DNA of 20,000 bases from an uncultured virus (IMG/VR IMGVR_UViG_3300034071_001673) (lineage: Duplodnaviria > Heunggongvirae > Uroviricota > Caudoviricetes): IMG/VR virus record IMGVR_UViG_3300034071_001673; one strand, 5' to 3'. Shown in pieces: positions 7,607 to 15,706 of this stretch. Within the stretch, counting starts at the first letter, position 1, and each line of letters begins with the position of its first letter. The notes below the pieces were generated by a model. It saw only the letters and a program-made list of their open reading frames with translations. It ran no database searches and had not been told where the DNA came from. Position numbers and translations under genes: made by a program.

Positions 7607-8275
7607 GTTATTCTTGGTTCGATATGCCTCGATGTATTTAAGCAATTCTTGCTTGTGTGATTCTAACTCATCCTCTTTGACCACAAGAGTTTGGCAAAAA
7701 TTAGCGGTATCAACGCCGATGAGGATAATGACTTGCTTGGCATCTAGACCAGTCATCTCGTAGAACATCTGGCGATAGGCAGCGGCTTGCATAAAGTAGT
7801 TGCCGATGTTCTCTTTCTTCTTGAGACGAACTGAAGTCTTAAAGTCGATTACAGAAAGGATCCCGTTATGCTCAGCAATACAGTCTACAGTCCCAGCAAG
7901 TTTGAGTTCGTGAGAGAAAAGGCGATCTTCCAAGCAATGGATGTTATTGACCTTTGCGTCTATTTCTTGCTTCATTCGAACGAAAAGAGACTTGACGTTC
8001 GGTAACATTTCGAGAGAGGAGATGTCCTCATTCTTAAGATACATCTCGAGTGCTTTGTGGACGCTAGTCCCTCGAGTGGTTGCTTTGCGAGAGACTTCGT
8101 TTGCTTTGGCTTCACCGACTCTCTTGCGCCATTCTAGAATTGCTTCTTTCCCATAATCAGAAAGAACTGTGGTGACAGACGGATACCTCTCACCAGTCGG
8201 AGTGACGTAACAGCGAGTGCCGTCGACGTTCTCTTGCAAGAGTTTGGGGAAATCATGGTGTATATGGTTAAACAT
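7589..8275 (-). CDS. PD-(D/E)XK exonuclease (T4-like phage family)
   Basis: YPSVTTVL, WRKRVG, RGTSVH, E..L, AGTVDCIA, IDFKTS, YFMQAAAY. Confidence 0.9.
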   Translation of the reverse strand: MFNHIHHDFPKLLQENVDGTRCYVTPTGERYPSVTTVLSDYGKEAILEWRKRVGEAKANEVSRKATTRGTSVHKALEMYLKNEDISSLEMLPNVKSLFVRMKQEIDAKVNNIHCLEDRLFSHELKLAGTVDCIAEHNGILSVIDFKTSVRLKKKENIGNYFMQAAAYRQMFYEMTGLDAKQVIILIGVDTANFCQTLVVKEDELESHKQELLKYIEAYRTKNNLPLLV

Positions 8276-8308
8276 TATAAAGTATCTCTATCATGACCGA
8301 CATAGTCT

Positions 8309-8337
8309 ATTGTATAACAAAGTCAAGTAAAAGTCAA
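8309..8337 (-). promoter_or_regulatory. sigma70-type promoter
   Basis: TTGACT-17 nt-TACAAT. Confidence 0.65.
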
Positions 8338-9089
8338 GTATTTTCTTGCTTTTCATATTTCTCAACAGCAATCAAGAAGTCTTTGACAAGACTACTGCGA
8401 ACGATATCTTCTGTTGTGAATTCGATATTCGTAAACGAGTTCATAGTCTTGGCAACTTCGTGGAACTTTCGAAGTCCACTCTTGTCTTTGGTATTGCGAT
8501 AAAGATCTGTTTGTTTGTAATCACCACAGAAGATAATCTTCGAACGATGACCAACTCGAGTCATAATTGTCGTCAATTCTTCCCAAGTCATATTCTGACA
8601 TTCGTCGACGATGATGACAGCATCATCGAAACTCATACCGCGAATGAAACTAGTAGAGATGAATTCAATACGACCACATTCTTTCATTGCGTCATATGCA
8701 TCACGACGACCGAACAACGTATGACAGATCTGCATATAAGGTTGTTCATACAGACTCATCTTTTCTTCTACGGATCCTGGAGTAAAACCAAGATCACGAG
8801 ACTGAACAGCAGAACGTACAATCACGATGCGATGAAATGGTGACGAACGATCGAGGACTTCTTCAATGGCTTTATAACAGGCAATGAATGATTTACCAGT
8901 ACCTGCTGAACCACAGAGCATCGTGAAGTAATCTCCACGAGCATATGCCTCGAAAAACTTTGCTTGATTTGGTGTGAGTGGTTCGAACTTTTTTAATTCC
9001 GCTGCTTTGATTCGCGGCGGTTTCTTCTCAGTAACCTCTGAAGTGATTTCTATGTAACTGTTTGAGTTTCCATTTTTCTTCTTAGACAA
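8334..9089 (-). CDS. phoH: PhoH-family ATPase
   Basis: PLTPNQ, Walker A GSAGTGKS, RSAV, GFTPG, FIRGMSFD, IVDECQN, GDYKQTDL, DIVRS. TTG start. Confidence 0.95.
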   Translation of the reverse strand: MSKKKNGNSNSYIEITSEVTEKKPPRIKAAELKKFEPLTPNQAKFFEAYARGDYFTMLCGSAGTGKSFIACYKAIEEVLDRSSPFHRIVIVRSAVQSRDLGFTPGSVEEKMSLYEQPYMQICHTLFGRRDAYDAMKECGRIEFISTSFIRGMSFDDAVIIVDECQNMTWEELTTIMTRVGHRSKIIFCGDYKQTDLYRNTKDKSGLRKFHEVAKTMNSFTNIEFTTEDIVRSSLVKDFLIAVEKYEKQENT

Positions 9090-9091
9090 AA

Positions 9092-9403
9092 TTATCCCCC
9101 CAATACTTTATGTTTCTTTAGAACCTGCTCTGTCTTAATTTGTTTTGTTTTCTTCTTCAAAACTTTATCTGCAAGTGGGCTGATTGGATTCTGTTCAGCA
9201 ATTTTGTGCATGACTTCTTTCCAAGTATTATCTGTTTTCTTTCCAGCCATATCACCAGTGCCACTGTAACTGAATAGTGGTGCTTCACTGTAATATCTTT
9301 CTAGGTGCGGATTCTCTGCCTTGAATGAATCATAGGCAGTAATTGACATCGTATGTTCTTCGATCGCTTTTGTTTTCGTATTCAAAAACTCATAAATTGG
9401 CAT
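9092..9403 (-). CDS. FmdB-like phage protein (no Cys ligands)
   Basis: MPIYEF N-terminus and ENPHL/WKEV motifs, typical of the small gene found upstream of phoH in T4-like phages. Confidence 0.6.
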   Translation of the reverse strand: MPIYEFLNTKTKAIEEHTMSITAYDSFKAENPHLERYYSEAPLFSYSGTGDMAGKKTDNTWKEVMHKIAEQNPISPLADKVLKKKTKQIKTEQVLKKHKVLGG

Positions 9404-9406
9404 AAC

Positions 9407-10021
9407 TCACCCACTATATCTTTTTGACTTCCCATCTGGCTTGACATGATGAGCAACAAACTTCACGTTTGGAAATTCATTCTTAAGAGCAAGAAAATGG
9501 TTTAAATTTTCTTCGCTGTCATCATGAAGGCTTACATGAGTAAAGTCTCCGTTTGACAATTGATTTCGAATAATATCTGTTTTCTTTTGCGCAACTGTTC
9601 CTTCGCCTTTGTTGCCTGCGCGATAGACATGAATGTTATCGATGTCTACCTTTTGTTTTCTAAAGGCATCTAGGAAACGATCTTTGTCATCGAAGTCTGC
9701 TCGAGCGGTGTTAATAATCACTTTGCCGCCAGTTTCTTTCGTGCGATCATGGAGGCGACGCATCTTTTCGAGCATGCGCTGATTCGGTTTCGATTCAGTA
9801 TCGAACTTCTCTGCAGAACGAAACTCCGAGTAATCGTACTGGTGACCTGGAGGAAGTTTGTGTGTGTTATATTCGGAGTTTGAGAGAGACTGAACGACCT
9901 TATTGTCCTTCATTACGCGAATCTTTGCTGTGGTGTGAAACAGCGTATCGTCCACGTCAAAGACATGGAGTCCGCGACCTTGACTTTTCTCTTCCAGTAA
10001 AAAGGTATAAAAATCTAGCAT
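9407..10021 (-). CDS. HAD-superfamily phosphatase-like protein, late-expressed
   Basis: Motif I FDVDDTLF, motif II TAR, K, motif IV HDDSEENL. Start moved to ATG 10021, just after TATAAATA. Confidence 0.8.
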   Translation of the reverse strand: MLDFYTFLLEEKSQGRGLHVFDVDDTLFHTTAKIRVMKDNKVVQSLSNSEYNTHKLPPGHQYDYSEFRSAEKFDTESKPNQRMLEKMRRLHDRTKETGGKVIINTARADFDDKDRFLDAFRKQKVDIDNIHVYRAGNKGEGTVAQKKTDIIRNQLSNGDFTHVSLHDDSEENLNHFLALKNEFPNVKFVAHHVKPDGKSKRYSG

Positions 10022-10025
10022 ACCT

Positions 10026-10574
10026 TTATTTATACCAGGAAGGCACCTCACGATTCGTCCATCGAGCAAAACGTTTCTTGTAGACTCGATAATAGTTATG
10101 ATAAGCAGCGATCGAGTTCCCAGGAACCTTCACATCCTCTGGCATGGCTTGCGGAGGCTCAGAGAATATACCCGTTCGAGGAATATTGTCAGGAGCGAAA
10201 CTGAGTTTCTGAATGACCAACGACGACTTGTGCTGCTTATCATTCGCGCCGCCATAGCGGTGGCGATATTCCTGACAGAGTTCAGAAGCCATATTCCAGA
10301 GCCACTGGTAGTGATCGAAAGACTCACGAACCCAAATAGCAGAAGGATGATTCCAACTCACTGCATGATACATCGTATCTTCGCGATACTGATCTAACTT
10401 CCAGCGATGAATCTTGCGATTGTTTTTGCTTTTGTCGAAATAATGATTGCCATCTAGAATACGATGTGCTGTTGAAAGCAATTGCGCATACTCAACAATC
10501 ATCTTGACAACATGTTTGTCGCAATGATGTTGCGCGCAGGTTTTATGATCCGTATCCAGGTAGAAGATGTTCAT
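10026..10574 (-). CDS. Pyrimidine-dimer DNA glycosylase-like (DenV-related) protein
   Basis: MNIFYLD...HCDKHVVKMIVEYAQLLSTAH...NHPSAIWVRES...PPQAMP...AYHNYY...WTNREVPSW. Confidence 0.8.
   Translation of the reverse strand: MNIFYLDTDHKTCAQHHCDKHVVKMIVEYAQLLSTAHRILDGNHYFDKSKNNRKIHRWKLDQYREDTMYHAVSWNHPSAIWVRESFDHYQWLWNMASELCQEYRHRYGGANDKQHKSSLVIQKLSFAPDNIPRTGIFSEPPQAMPEDVKVPGNSIAAYHNYYRVYKKRFARWTNREVPSWYK
10027..10034 (-). promoter_or_regulatory. T4-type late promoter TATAAATA
   Basis: Exact TATAAATA ending 5 nt upstream of ATG 10021. Confidence 0.8.
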
Positions 10575-10806
10575 GTGGCACCTCTAAAGTTCTATCTTTA
10601 TCTTCCCAATATTCTTCAATTGCACGTTTGGCGTATTCAAGTTCAACGTACTGACCAAGGATCAATTCCTCAGCAGCATTGATTGGAATCTTGGCACCCC
10701 AAACAATCGTATGAACAACATTGTACGCATGACCTACAATTAATCCATTATGCGATTGATGATAGTAATGATTGTTTTTATCGGCAAGACGCCATTGACG
10801 TTTCAT
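10543..10806 (-). CDS. Hypothetical protein
   Basis: The ATG overlaps the upstream stop (TAATG); reads MKRQWRLADK... Confidence 0.6.
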   Translation of the reverse strand: MKRQWRLADKNNHYYHQSHNGLIVGHAYNVVHTIVWGAKIPINAAEELILGQYVELEYAKRAIEEYWEDKDRTLEVPHEHLLPGYGS

Positions 10807-11009
10807 TATTTGACTCGAGTGATTAATGCACCACACTTATTTGTGTAGATGCTTGGTGAGATTTTGTTGATTCTAAATTTTCTATTGGTCATGTGATGGG
10901 CGATAGAACGAATCGTGCTCAAATGATTTTGTAACGTTAAGTTAGATTTTCGATTGATAAAGGTTTGTTGTTTTGGTTCTAACGACATTATGATCTTTGT
11001 GATGTTCAT
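10806..11009 (-). CDS. Hypothetical protein
   Basis: 67-aa ORF coupled to both neighbours by TAATG overlaps. Confidence 0.55.
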   Translation of the reverse strand: MNITKIIMSLEPKQQTFINRKSNLTLQNHLSTIRSIAHHMTNRKFRINKISPSIYTNKCGALITRVK

Positions 11010-11536
11010 TAGTTTGTACTCAATACTCTTTTAACACGACCGTTGACTTTGTAAACCAGACGGCAGCGATTTTCTGAACGAGAGTCGTTGGAAAGGAAAT
11101 TATCGAACATGGACTCAGCAACACTTTCGTTGTTTGATCCAGGACCATCGATCCAACTACCATGACGACGATATTGTATCACATATGAACCATAACCATC
11201 ACTGGAGTAAGAAGATGAACCACCACCTTTCGAAAAGGCACCAAACAATCCTTGCAAAAATGCTCGTTGATGTTCGGGATTAGACCAGTCCATTTTACGA
11301 AATGCAATAATGATTAATGCAAGAACATTAATCGCAACAAAGCAGAACGCAAAGATTAATGATAGTGCAAATCCGAGACTGAATAATTCACTACCACTCT
11401 CATCGGCAAGACTTAAAAATGCACCAAACAATCCAATTGGAACATATAGAAACAAACTATACTTTCCGACTTTGTCACCCCAGAACATTTTAGTCAACCA
11501 CCAAGCAAGAGTGATTGTAATGATGAAAATGATCAT
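11009..11536 (-). CDS. Hypothetical membrane protein
   Basis: About three hydrophobic segments, a G/S-rich linker and a soluble C-terminal domain. Confidence 0.65.
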   Translation of the reverse strand: MIIFIITITLAWWLTKMFWGDKVGKYSLFLYVPIGLFGAFLSLADESGSELFSLGFALSLIFAFCFVAINVLALIIIAFRKMDWSNPEHQRAFLQGLFGAFSKGGGSSSYSSDGYGSYVIQYRRHGSWIDGPGSNNESVAESMFDNFLSNDSRSENRCRLVYKVNGRVKRVLSTN

Positions 11537-11787
11537 CAGTTCAATCTTCCTGAACTTCCATATTCTGTAAAAGACTTGATCTTATCTCGATTGTCAGAGA
11601 TTTCATTGATCATTGTATCATAATCTTCAGCATTCAATGAAGTCTTGTAGATCATGAATGCTAACTTGGTCATCACAGCAGCACAGGCAAATGGATTGAT
11701 GCCTTCTTCTGCGAATCTTCGAGTCAACTCGCCATATGACATTTCAATAGCAAGCAACTCATCATCACTAGTCGTAATTTTGCTCAT
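11536..11787 (-). CDS. Hypothetical protein
   Basis: AGGTG RBS; stop overlaps the next ATG (TGATG). Confidence 0.65.
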   Translation of the reverse strand: MSKITTSDDELLAIEMSYGELTRRFAEEGINPFACAAVMTKLAFMIYKTSLNAEDYDTMINEISDNRDKIKSFTEYGSSGRLN

Positions 11788-11800
11788 ATTTCACCTGTAG

Positions 11801-11829
11801 AAAAAAGTGGGGACCGAAGTCCCCACTTT
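11801..11829 (-). terminator. Intrinsic terminator (UUCG tetraloop)
   Basis: AAAGTGGGGAC-TTCG-GTCCCCAC-TTTTTT; same core as the terminator at 1476-1500. Confidence 0.9.
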
Positions 11830-11842
11830 GTTAGCGCGACTC

Positions 11843-12262
11843 TCACTCAGAGTAAGAATCGCTCAGACCCAACTCAGCCTTCAACGAGGCAAGTTCATCA
11901 TCACCAACTTCCTCAACGTCTACAGTCGGAACCTCATCGGCGGCGACCTTTGACTTACGAGTCACAGTGGTCTTGGTTTTCAGCACAGCAACCTTCGCAG
12001 CCTTCGGTGCCTTGGTTGCCTTTGCCTTACCGACCATCTTGCTCGCAATAGCAGCAGCATTATGCAACTGATACGAGTCAACCTTACGACCATCGCGGAT
12101 CGTCTCAATATCGGCATTGCAGTCACGCTTCAATGCACAGATCAAGACCATCGCAGTCACAGGCTTACAGCCGAGTCGGGAAACAAGAGTGTCAAACTTC
12201 AGCGGCTTGCCGTCCTTCAACATCTCATACACTTCAATCATCTTACGAGTAGGATTAGCCAT
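11843..12262 (-). CDS. Putative early DNA-binding protein (wHTH-like N-terminus, K/A-rich linker, acidic tail)
   Basis: MANPTRKMIEVYEMLKDGKP...LVSRLGC...RDGRKVDSYQL, then KAKATKAPKAAK. GGAG RBS, with its own promoter and terminator. Confidence 0.6.
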   Translation of the reverse strand: MANPTRKMIEVYEMLKDGKPLKFDTLVSRLGCKPVTAMVLICALKRDCNADIETIRDGRKVDSYQLHNAAAIASKMVGKAKATKAPKAAKVAVLKTKTTVTRKSKVAADEVPTVDVEEVGDDELASLKAELGLSDSYSE

Positions 12263-12303
12263 AATATAAAAACTCCATAACAAATTAACAACGGACAATA
12301 ACA

Positions 12304-12352
12304 ATCATACTATAAACAATCGCAAAAGTAAAGCAGGGGAAAATCCCCTGCT
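12304..12352 (-). promoter_or_regulatory. Terminator hairpin overlapping a sigma70-type promoter
   Basis: Hairpin AGCAGGGGA-TTT-TCCCCTGCT (12332-12352) runs into TTTACT-17 nt-TATGAT (12332-12304). Confidence 0.7.
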
Positions 12353-12363
12353 CCATCAACCAC

Positions 12364-12738
12364 TTACGCATTCAGCGCAGCAATTTCTTCCGCCGACCAA
12401 ACCTTCACAGGGCTGGCTTTGCGATAATTCTTGCGGATCTGCTTCGGCGCGTTTGCCTTATCGCGCAGAGCCTGAAGACGAGCCTCCGCTTTCGCGATAC
12501 GAGCAGCAACCTTCTCGGCTCGCTTCGCCGCACGTGCTTCCTTCACAGCCCGACGATGATCTTCCTTCACGACGCGATTAATCTGCATCTCGCGGCGAAT
12601 CTCAGCGCGGAGAGCACTCTGCATCTGTCGCGATACCTTGATCGCCTTGCGAGTCTCTTTCATCGCAGAGATCATATCCTTCACAACCTGACGCTCACGA
12701 GCCAGATTCGCCTTCATTTGATTTAGAGTGAAACCCAT
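12364..12738 (-). CDS. Highly basic K/R/A-rich coiled-coil early protein
   Basis: MGFTLNQMKANLARERQ...KEARAAKRAEKVAARIAKAEARL. Start set after the AGGAAGGA RBS. Confidence 0.7.
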   Translation of the reverse strand: MGFTLNQMKANLARERQVVKDMISAMKETRKAIKVSRQMQSALRAEIRREMQINRVVKEDHRRAVKEARAAKRAEKVAARIAKAEARLQALRDKANAPKQIRKNYRKASPVKVWSAEEIAALNA

Positions 12739-12789
12739 AATAATATTCCTTCCTATATCGGGGGGACCAATTTCCCATCCCATAAGACT

Positions 12790-12849
12790 ATTGTCGCTGA
12801 AATGAGTGAAAAAGGCAAGTTTAAAAACCCGAATAAAATCAATAACTTA
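12790..12849 (-). promoter_or_regulatory. sigma70-type promoter with upstream IHF-consensus box
   Basis: TTGCCT-17 nt-GACAAT (12818-12790). AATCAATAACTTA (WATCAANNNNTTR) at 12837-12849. Confidence 0.7.
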
Positions 12850-12909
12850 CGAGTGTGAAAAACCCACGTGGTTTTGTGTAAAAAACCTGAATAAAATCAA
12901 TAACTTACG
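12822..12909. repeat. Direct repeat of ~29 nt, 58-bp period, each copy with an IHF consensus
   Basis: AAAAACC(C/T)GAATAAAATCAATAACTTACG at 12823-12851 and 12881-12909, flanking the near-palindrome AAAACCCACGTGGTTTT. Confidence 0.9.
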
Positions 12910-13001
12910 TCTCTCCTCTCGCCGAGCGAGAGCCTCGGAGAGCGGCGACCTCCGAGGGAAGGGATAGGGTTGGGGTAGGAAGAGAAAACGGCTCAGATAG
13001 C

Positions 13002-13997
13002 CTATCGGTTCGATGACAAGAATACATCATGGAAGACTCTCATGACGTTTGCTGGGGTGAACTGCTCGACGATTTTAGAATAGTCGACCGTCTTGTCTCT
13101 TTCTCTGAAGTTGACGATCTTTGCATACAAATCGGATTCATCTTTATAGAGCAAATCATAATTGCTCAACCAGTTGACATGATTGCGATCAAAGCCACCT
13201 TCCCATGCAAGAACTGGTTTGTTGTGATATAAGAATTCAGCAATTGCCAGTCCAAATGATTCTCCAAGATTTCTTCCATGAAGCATGGCATCGCAGGCAG
13301 AAACAAAATTTGAAATCATATTTCGATCAAAGATCGGATTGATGAATATAACATTCGGATGATCCATAAACTTTTCAGTATTCATAAACAAGAATACAAT
13401 ATCATCTCTTTCACTCACAATGCGCGCAATGACTTGTTTGACAAAGGGAATGTCAAATGTATTATTGCCACCATGCCTTCCGAAAACTAGTTTGTTCTTT
13501 GGAATCCCAATTGCCTCTCGAATGTTGTATGTTGGCTTTGGCAGATCAACAATGTATGGAACAAACGGATGCAATGGAGCATTATAAGTTATTGAAACAT
13601 TCTTAGCAAGCCACTCAGAAATGTAAGCATATACATCGCCATGTGGGTTGTAGTATTGAAAGACGCAATGCACTCCGAATTTTGTCGATGTTATAACAGG
13701 CAGCGTGATACCACCCATATCAACTATGGTTCCTGCTCTTTGACTGTAACAGAAATCATAATTGGATGCAATATCGTTTAGATGATCATTCGAATCATAT
13801 TGTAGCAGTTTAAATTTACTGGCAAACTTGTTTACAACAGAAGGAACAGATCCTGTGTCTAATCCCTCTGGGCTCTTAGAACTATAAACAATTACACTTT
13901 CGTTGCCAAGAACTTCTTGATTGTACAAAGCATAATCACAAACAGAATTGGTTGTGCCGCGATAGTTTAACTGCTCACAGTGAAATAGTATTTTCAT
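13002..13997 (-). CDS. GT-B fold glycosyltransferase (GT4-like)
   Basis: RGTT, HCVF, GRHGG..TFD, and the CDAMLHGRNLGESFGLAIAE (E-x7-E) motif. Confidence 0.85.
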   Translation of the reverse strand: MKILFHCEQLNYRGTTNSVCDYALYNQEVLGNESVIVYSSKSPEGLDTGSVPSVVNKFASKFKLLQYDSNDHLNDIASNYDFCYSQRAGTIVDMGGITLPVITSTKFGVHCVFQYYNPHGDVYAYISEWLAKNVSITYNAPLHPFVPYIVDLPKPTYNIREAIGIPKNKLVFGRHGGNNTFDIPFVKQVIARIVSERDDIVFLFMNTEKFMDHPNVIFINPIFDRNMISNFVSACDAMLHGRNLGESFGLAIAEFLYHNKPVLAWEGGFDRNHVNWLSNYDLLYKDESDLYAKIVNFRERDKTVDYSKIVEQFTPANVMRVFHDVFLSSNR

Positions 13998-14731
13998 AAT
14001 GTTTGAATGTTATTCTCTTCTATAAAATTTGAAATGAACTTATGGTAGTTATCAAATGATTCGTTTTGTTTATATTCTTCTGTTTGCTGATACTCTGAAC
14101 TAACTCCAATTTTAGATGCTGCATTCCATGGAGTATGGTAGAAAACGTTTTTCATCGCATAGTTCTTTCTACCAAGCAGTCGCTGAATATCAAACGTCCA
14201 TGTATCACCAAAGTATATTTTAAATGATTCTGGAATGTCAATCCAATTTTCTTTGTGTATGAAGAATAGAGATCCTGCAGCAACTGGCACACTACGCACA
14301 GGATGTTCTGTAATTTGTATATCACCAGAGATCATTATGTTTTGAATATTCGTGACATATTCATATTGAGAATTTAATGCTCTGAAATACTCATGATGTA
14401 TTTCAATACCAAGTGCACCAACTTCTTTAGTCACAAATTTATCGGCTTCAAAGAATGCTCGCAAATCAACTAGAACATCATCGCTCAAGATACACAATAA
14501 ATCATTTTCTGCTAATGATGCACCCATGTTCCATGAAGGATTCACAAATATGTTTTCCTCCATGATATGATGCTTTACTTTGCTATGTTCTAACACCTCA
14601 TCATGAGGTGTTAGTTGCCTGTTGTTGTTAATTAAGATCACTTCTCCAACAACAGGCAACTCCACTAGATTAGAGAGAAAATTGACAAATGGTTTAAAGC
14701 CCCAACAAATTGGAACAATTACAGAAATCAT
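13994..14731 (-). CDS. GT-A fold glycosyltransferase (GT2-like)
   Basis: ISVIVP, EVILINN, NIFVNPSWNMG, LCILSDDV, KIYFGD. The start could be GTG 14737. Confidence 0.8.
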   Translation of the reverse strand: MISVIVPICWGFKPFVNFLSNLVELPVVGEVILINNNRQLTPHDEVLEHSKVKHHIMEENIFVNPSWNMGASLAENDLLCILSDDVLVDLRAFFEADKFVTKEVGALGIEIHHEYFRALNSQYEYVTNIQNIMISGDIQITEHPVRSVPVAAGSLFFIHKENWIDIPESFKIYFGDTWTFDIQRLLGRKNYAMKNVFYHTPWNAASKIGVSSEYQQTEEYKQNESFDNYHKFISNFIEENNIQTL

Positions 14732-14744
14732 TCTCACTCCAAAA

Positions 14745-14820
14745 TGGTAGCGGGGGTAGGATTCGAACCTACGGAAACTGGATTATGAGTCCAGTGACTT
14801 GACCGCTAGTCTACCCCGCA
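14745..14820 (-). tRNA. tRNA-Met(CAT), initiator-like
   Basis: Cloverleaf with anticodon arm CTGGA-CTCATAA-TCCAG, unpaired 1:72, A11-U24 and encoded CCA. Confidence 0.9.
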
Positions 14821-14821
14821 A

Positions 14822-15034
14822 TTATTTAAATTTTCTAACAATTATAATTCCATACAAACTTTTATCAATCTCACAATCGAGTCTCTTTAAGACTCTCATT
14901 ACCAATGACATCATCCTAGAACTATTTCCGCAAATTATTTCGACTGGAAAGTCTCGTTGATGTTCAAAAATATAATTCTCAACCAATAGATCCACTTCGC
15001 GATGACGAACTCCGTGAAGATCTAGTTTTCGCAT
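14822..15034 (-). CDS. Stand-alone Smr-domain protein
   Basis: MRKLDLHGVRHREVDLLVENYI...VEIICGNS...G.IIV matches the Smr pattern LDLHG...I(I/T)xG. Start set after AAGGGG. Confidence 0.72.
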   Translation of the reverse strand: MRKLDLHGVRHREVDLLVENYIFEHQRDFPVEIICGNSSRMMSLVMRVLKRLDCEIDKSLYGIIIVRKFK

Positions 15035-15131
15035 TGTTCCCCTTCTTAAAGATTCTGTCCCAATTTTCATCGAACTTTTTTCTCGGAACACTCAATGGGC
15101 GTGGCTTGCTTCCCTTTCCGCCAGTGCTCAT
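14979..15131 (-). CDS. 50-aa basic mini-protein
   Basis: MSTGGKGSKPRPLSVPRKKFDENWDRIFKKGNNAKTRSSRSSSSRSGSIG*. The ATG overlaps the HNH stop (ATGA), with GGAG upstream. Absent from the ORF track. Confidence 0.65.
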   Translation of the reverse strand: MSTGGKGSKPRPLSVPRKKFDENWDRIFKKGNNAKTRSSRSSSSRSGSIG

Positions 15132-15700
15132 ATCATATTTCTCCATACTCTACTATGTTTAGGAATGCTCGCTTTCAGAAATTCCATTTGATCAGCGAGA
15201 ACTTTACGATTCTTTAGTAAGATTCTCTCATGTACAGTTGGAGCATAAGGAACGTATAGAAGATGCATCTTTGCTTCTTCTGGCGTCTTCCATCCCTTTT
15301 TATGGTTACATGGACGACAAGCAGTGACGCAATTTGTCCACTGATTCGTGCCACCACGAGACTTTGGCTGAACGTGATCAATTGTCAATTGACTAGTGCT
15401 AAATTCATCTCCACAATAAGCACAGATGTGCCAATCGCGAGCATATAATGTCATACGATCGGCGAATACAGTTTGCTGATTATAGAATTTGTCGCCTAGT
15501 AATGGACCACTCACACCAATGATGCAAGAGATATCGATGCGCGACTGTTCACCATGCTGATTGTGACCACCGAGCATGGTTTTCATCTTTTCACCCAATT
15601 CCCAGAGAACTTTATTCTTGGCATAGTAACACGCTGCCATTTCAAAGTTCACCCAGTCTTTGGGCATTCCACCTTTGTCTACAACTAATACTAAACTCAT
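15128..15700 (-). CDS. HNH endonuclease
   Basis: RDWHICAYCG...TIDHVQPKSRGGTNQWTNCVTACRPCNHKKG. Confidence 0.93.
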   Translation of the reverse strand: MSLVLVVDKGGMPKDWVNFEMAACYYAKNKVLWELGEKMKTMLGGHNQHGEQSRIDISCIIGVSGPLLGDKFYNQQTVFADRMTLYARDWHICAYCGDEFSTSQLTIDHVQPKSRGGTNQWTNCVTACRPCNHKKGWKTPEEAKMHLLYVPYAPTVHERILLKNRKVLADQMEFLKASIPKHSRVWRNMI

Positions 15701-15706
15701 AATGTA

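Noticed and set aside
7589..8275. Cas4 assignment for the PD-(D/E)XK nuclease
   Set aside because: It lacks the four-Cys Fe-S cluster pattern of Cas4 and fits the common T4-like phage exonuclease family.
12822..12909. CRISPR-like mini-array (two ~29-nt repeats with a ~29-nt spacer)
   Set aside because: There are only two copies, the repeats are not palindromic, each matches the IHF consensus, and a third degenerate copy sits at another promoter. No cas genes are present.
15128..15700. HNH as an intron-encoded or mobile homing element
   Set aside because: No interrupted gene or intron structure flanks it; it is a free-standing gene coupled to its neighbours.
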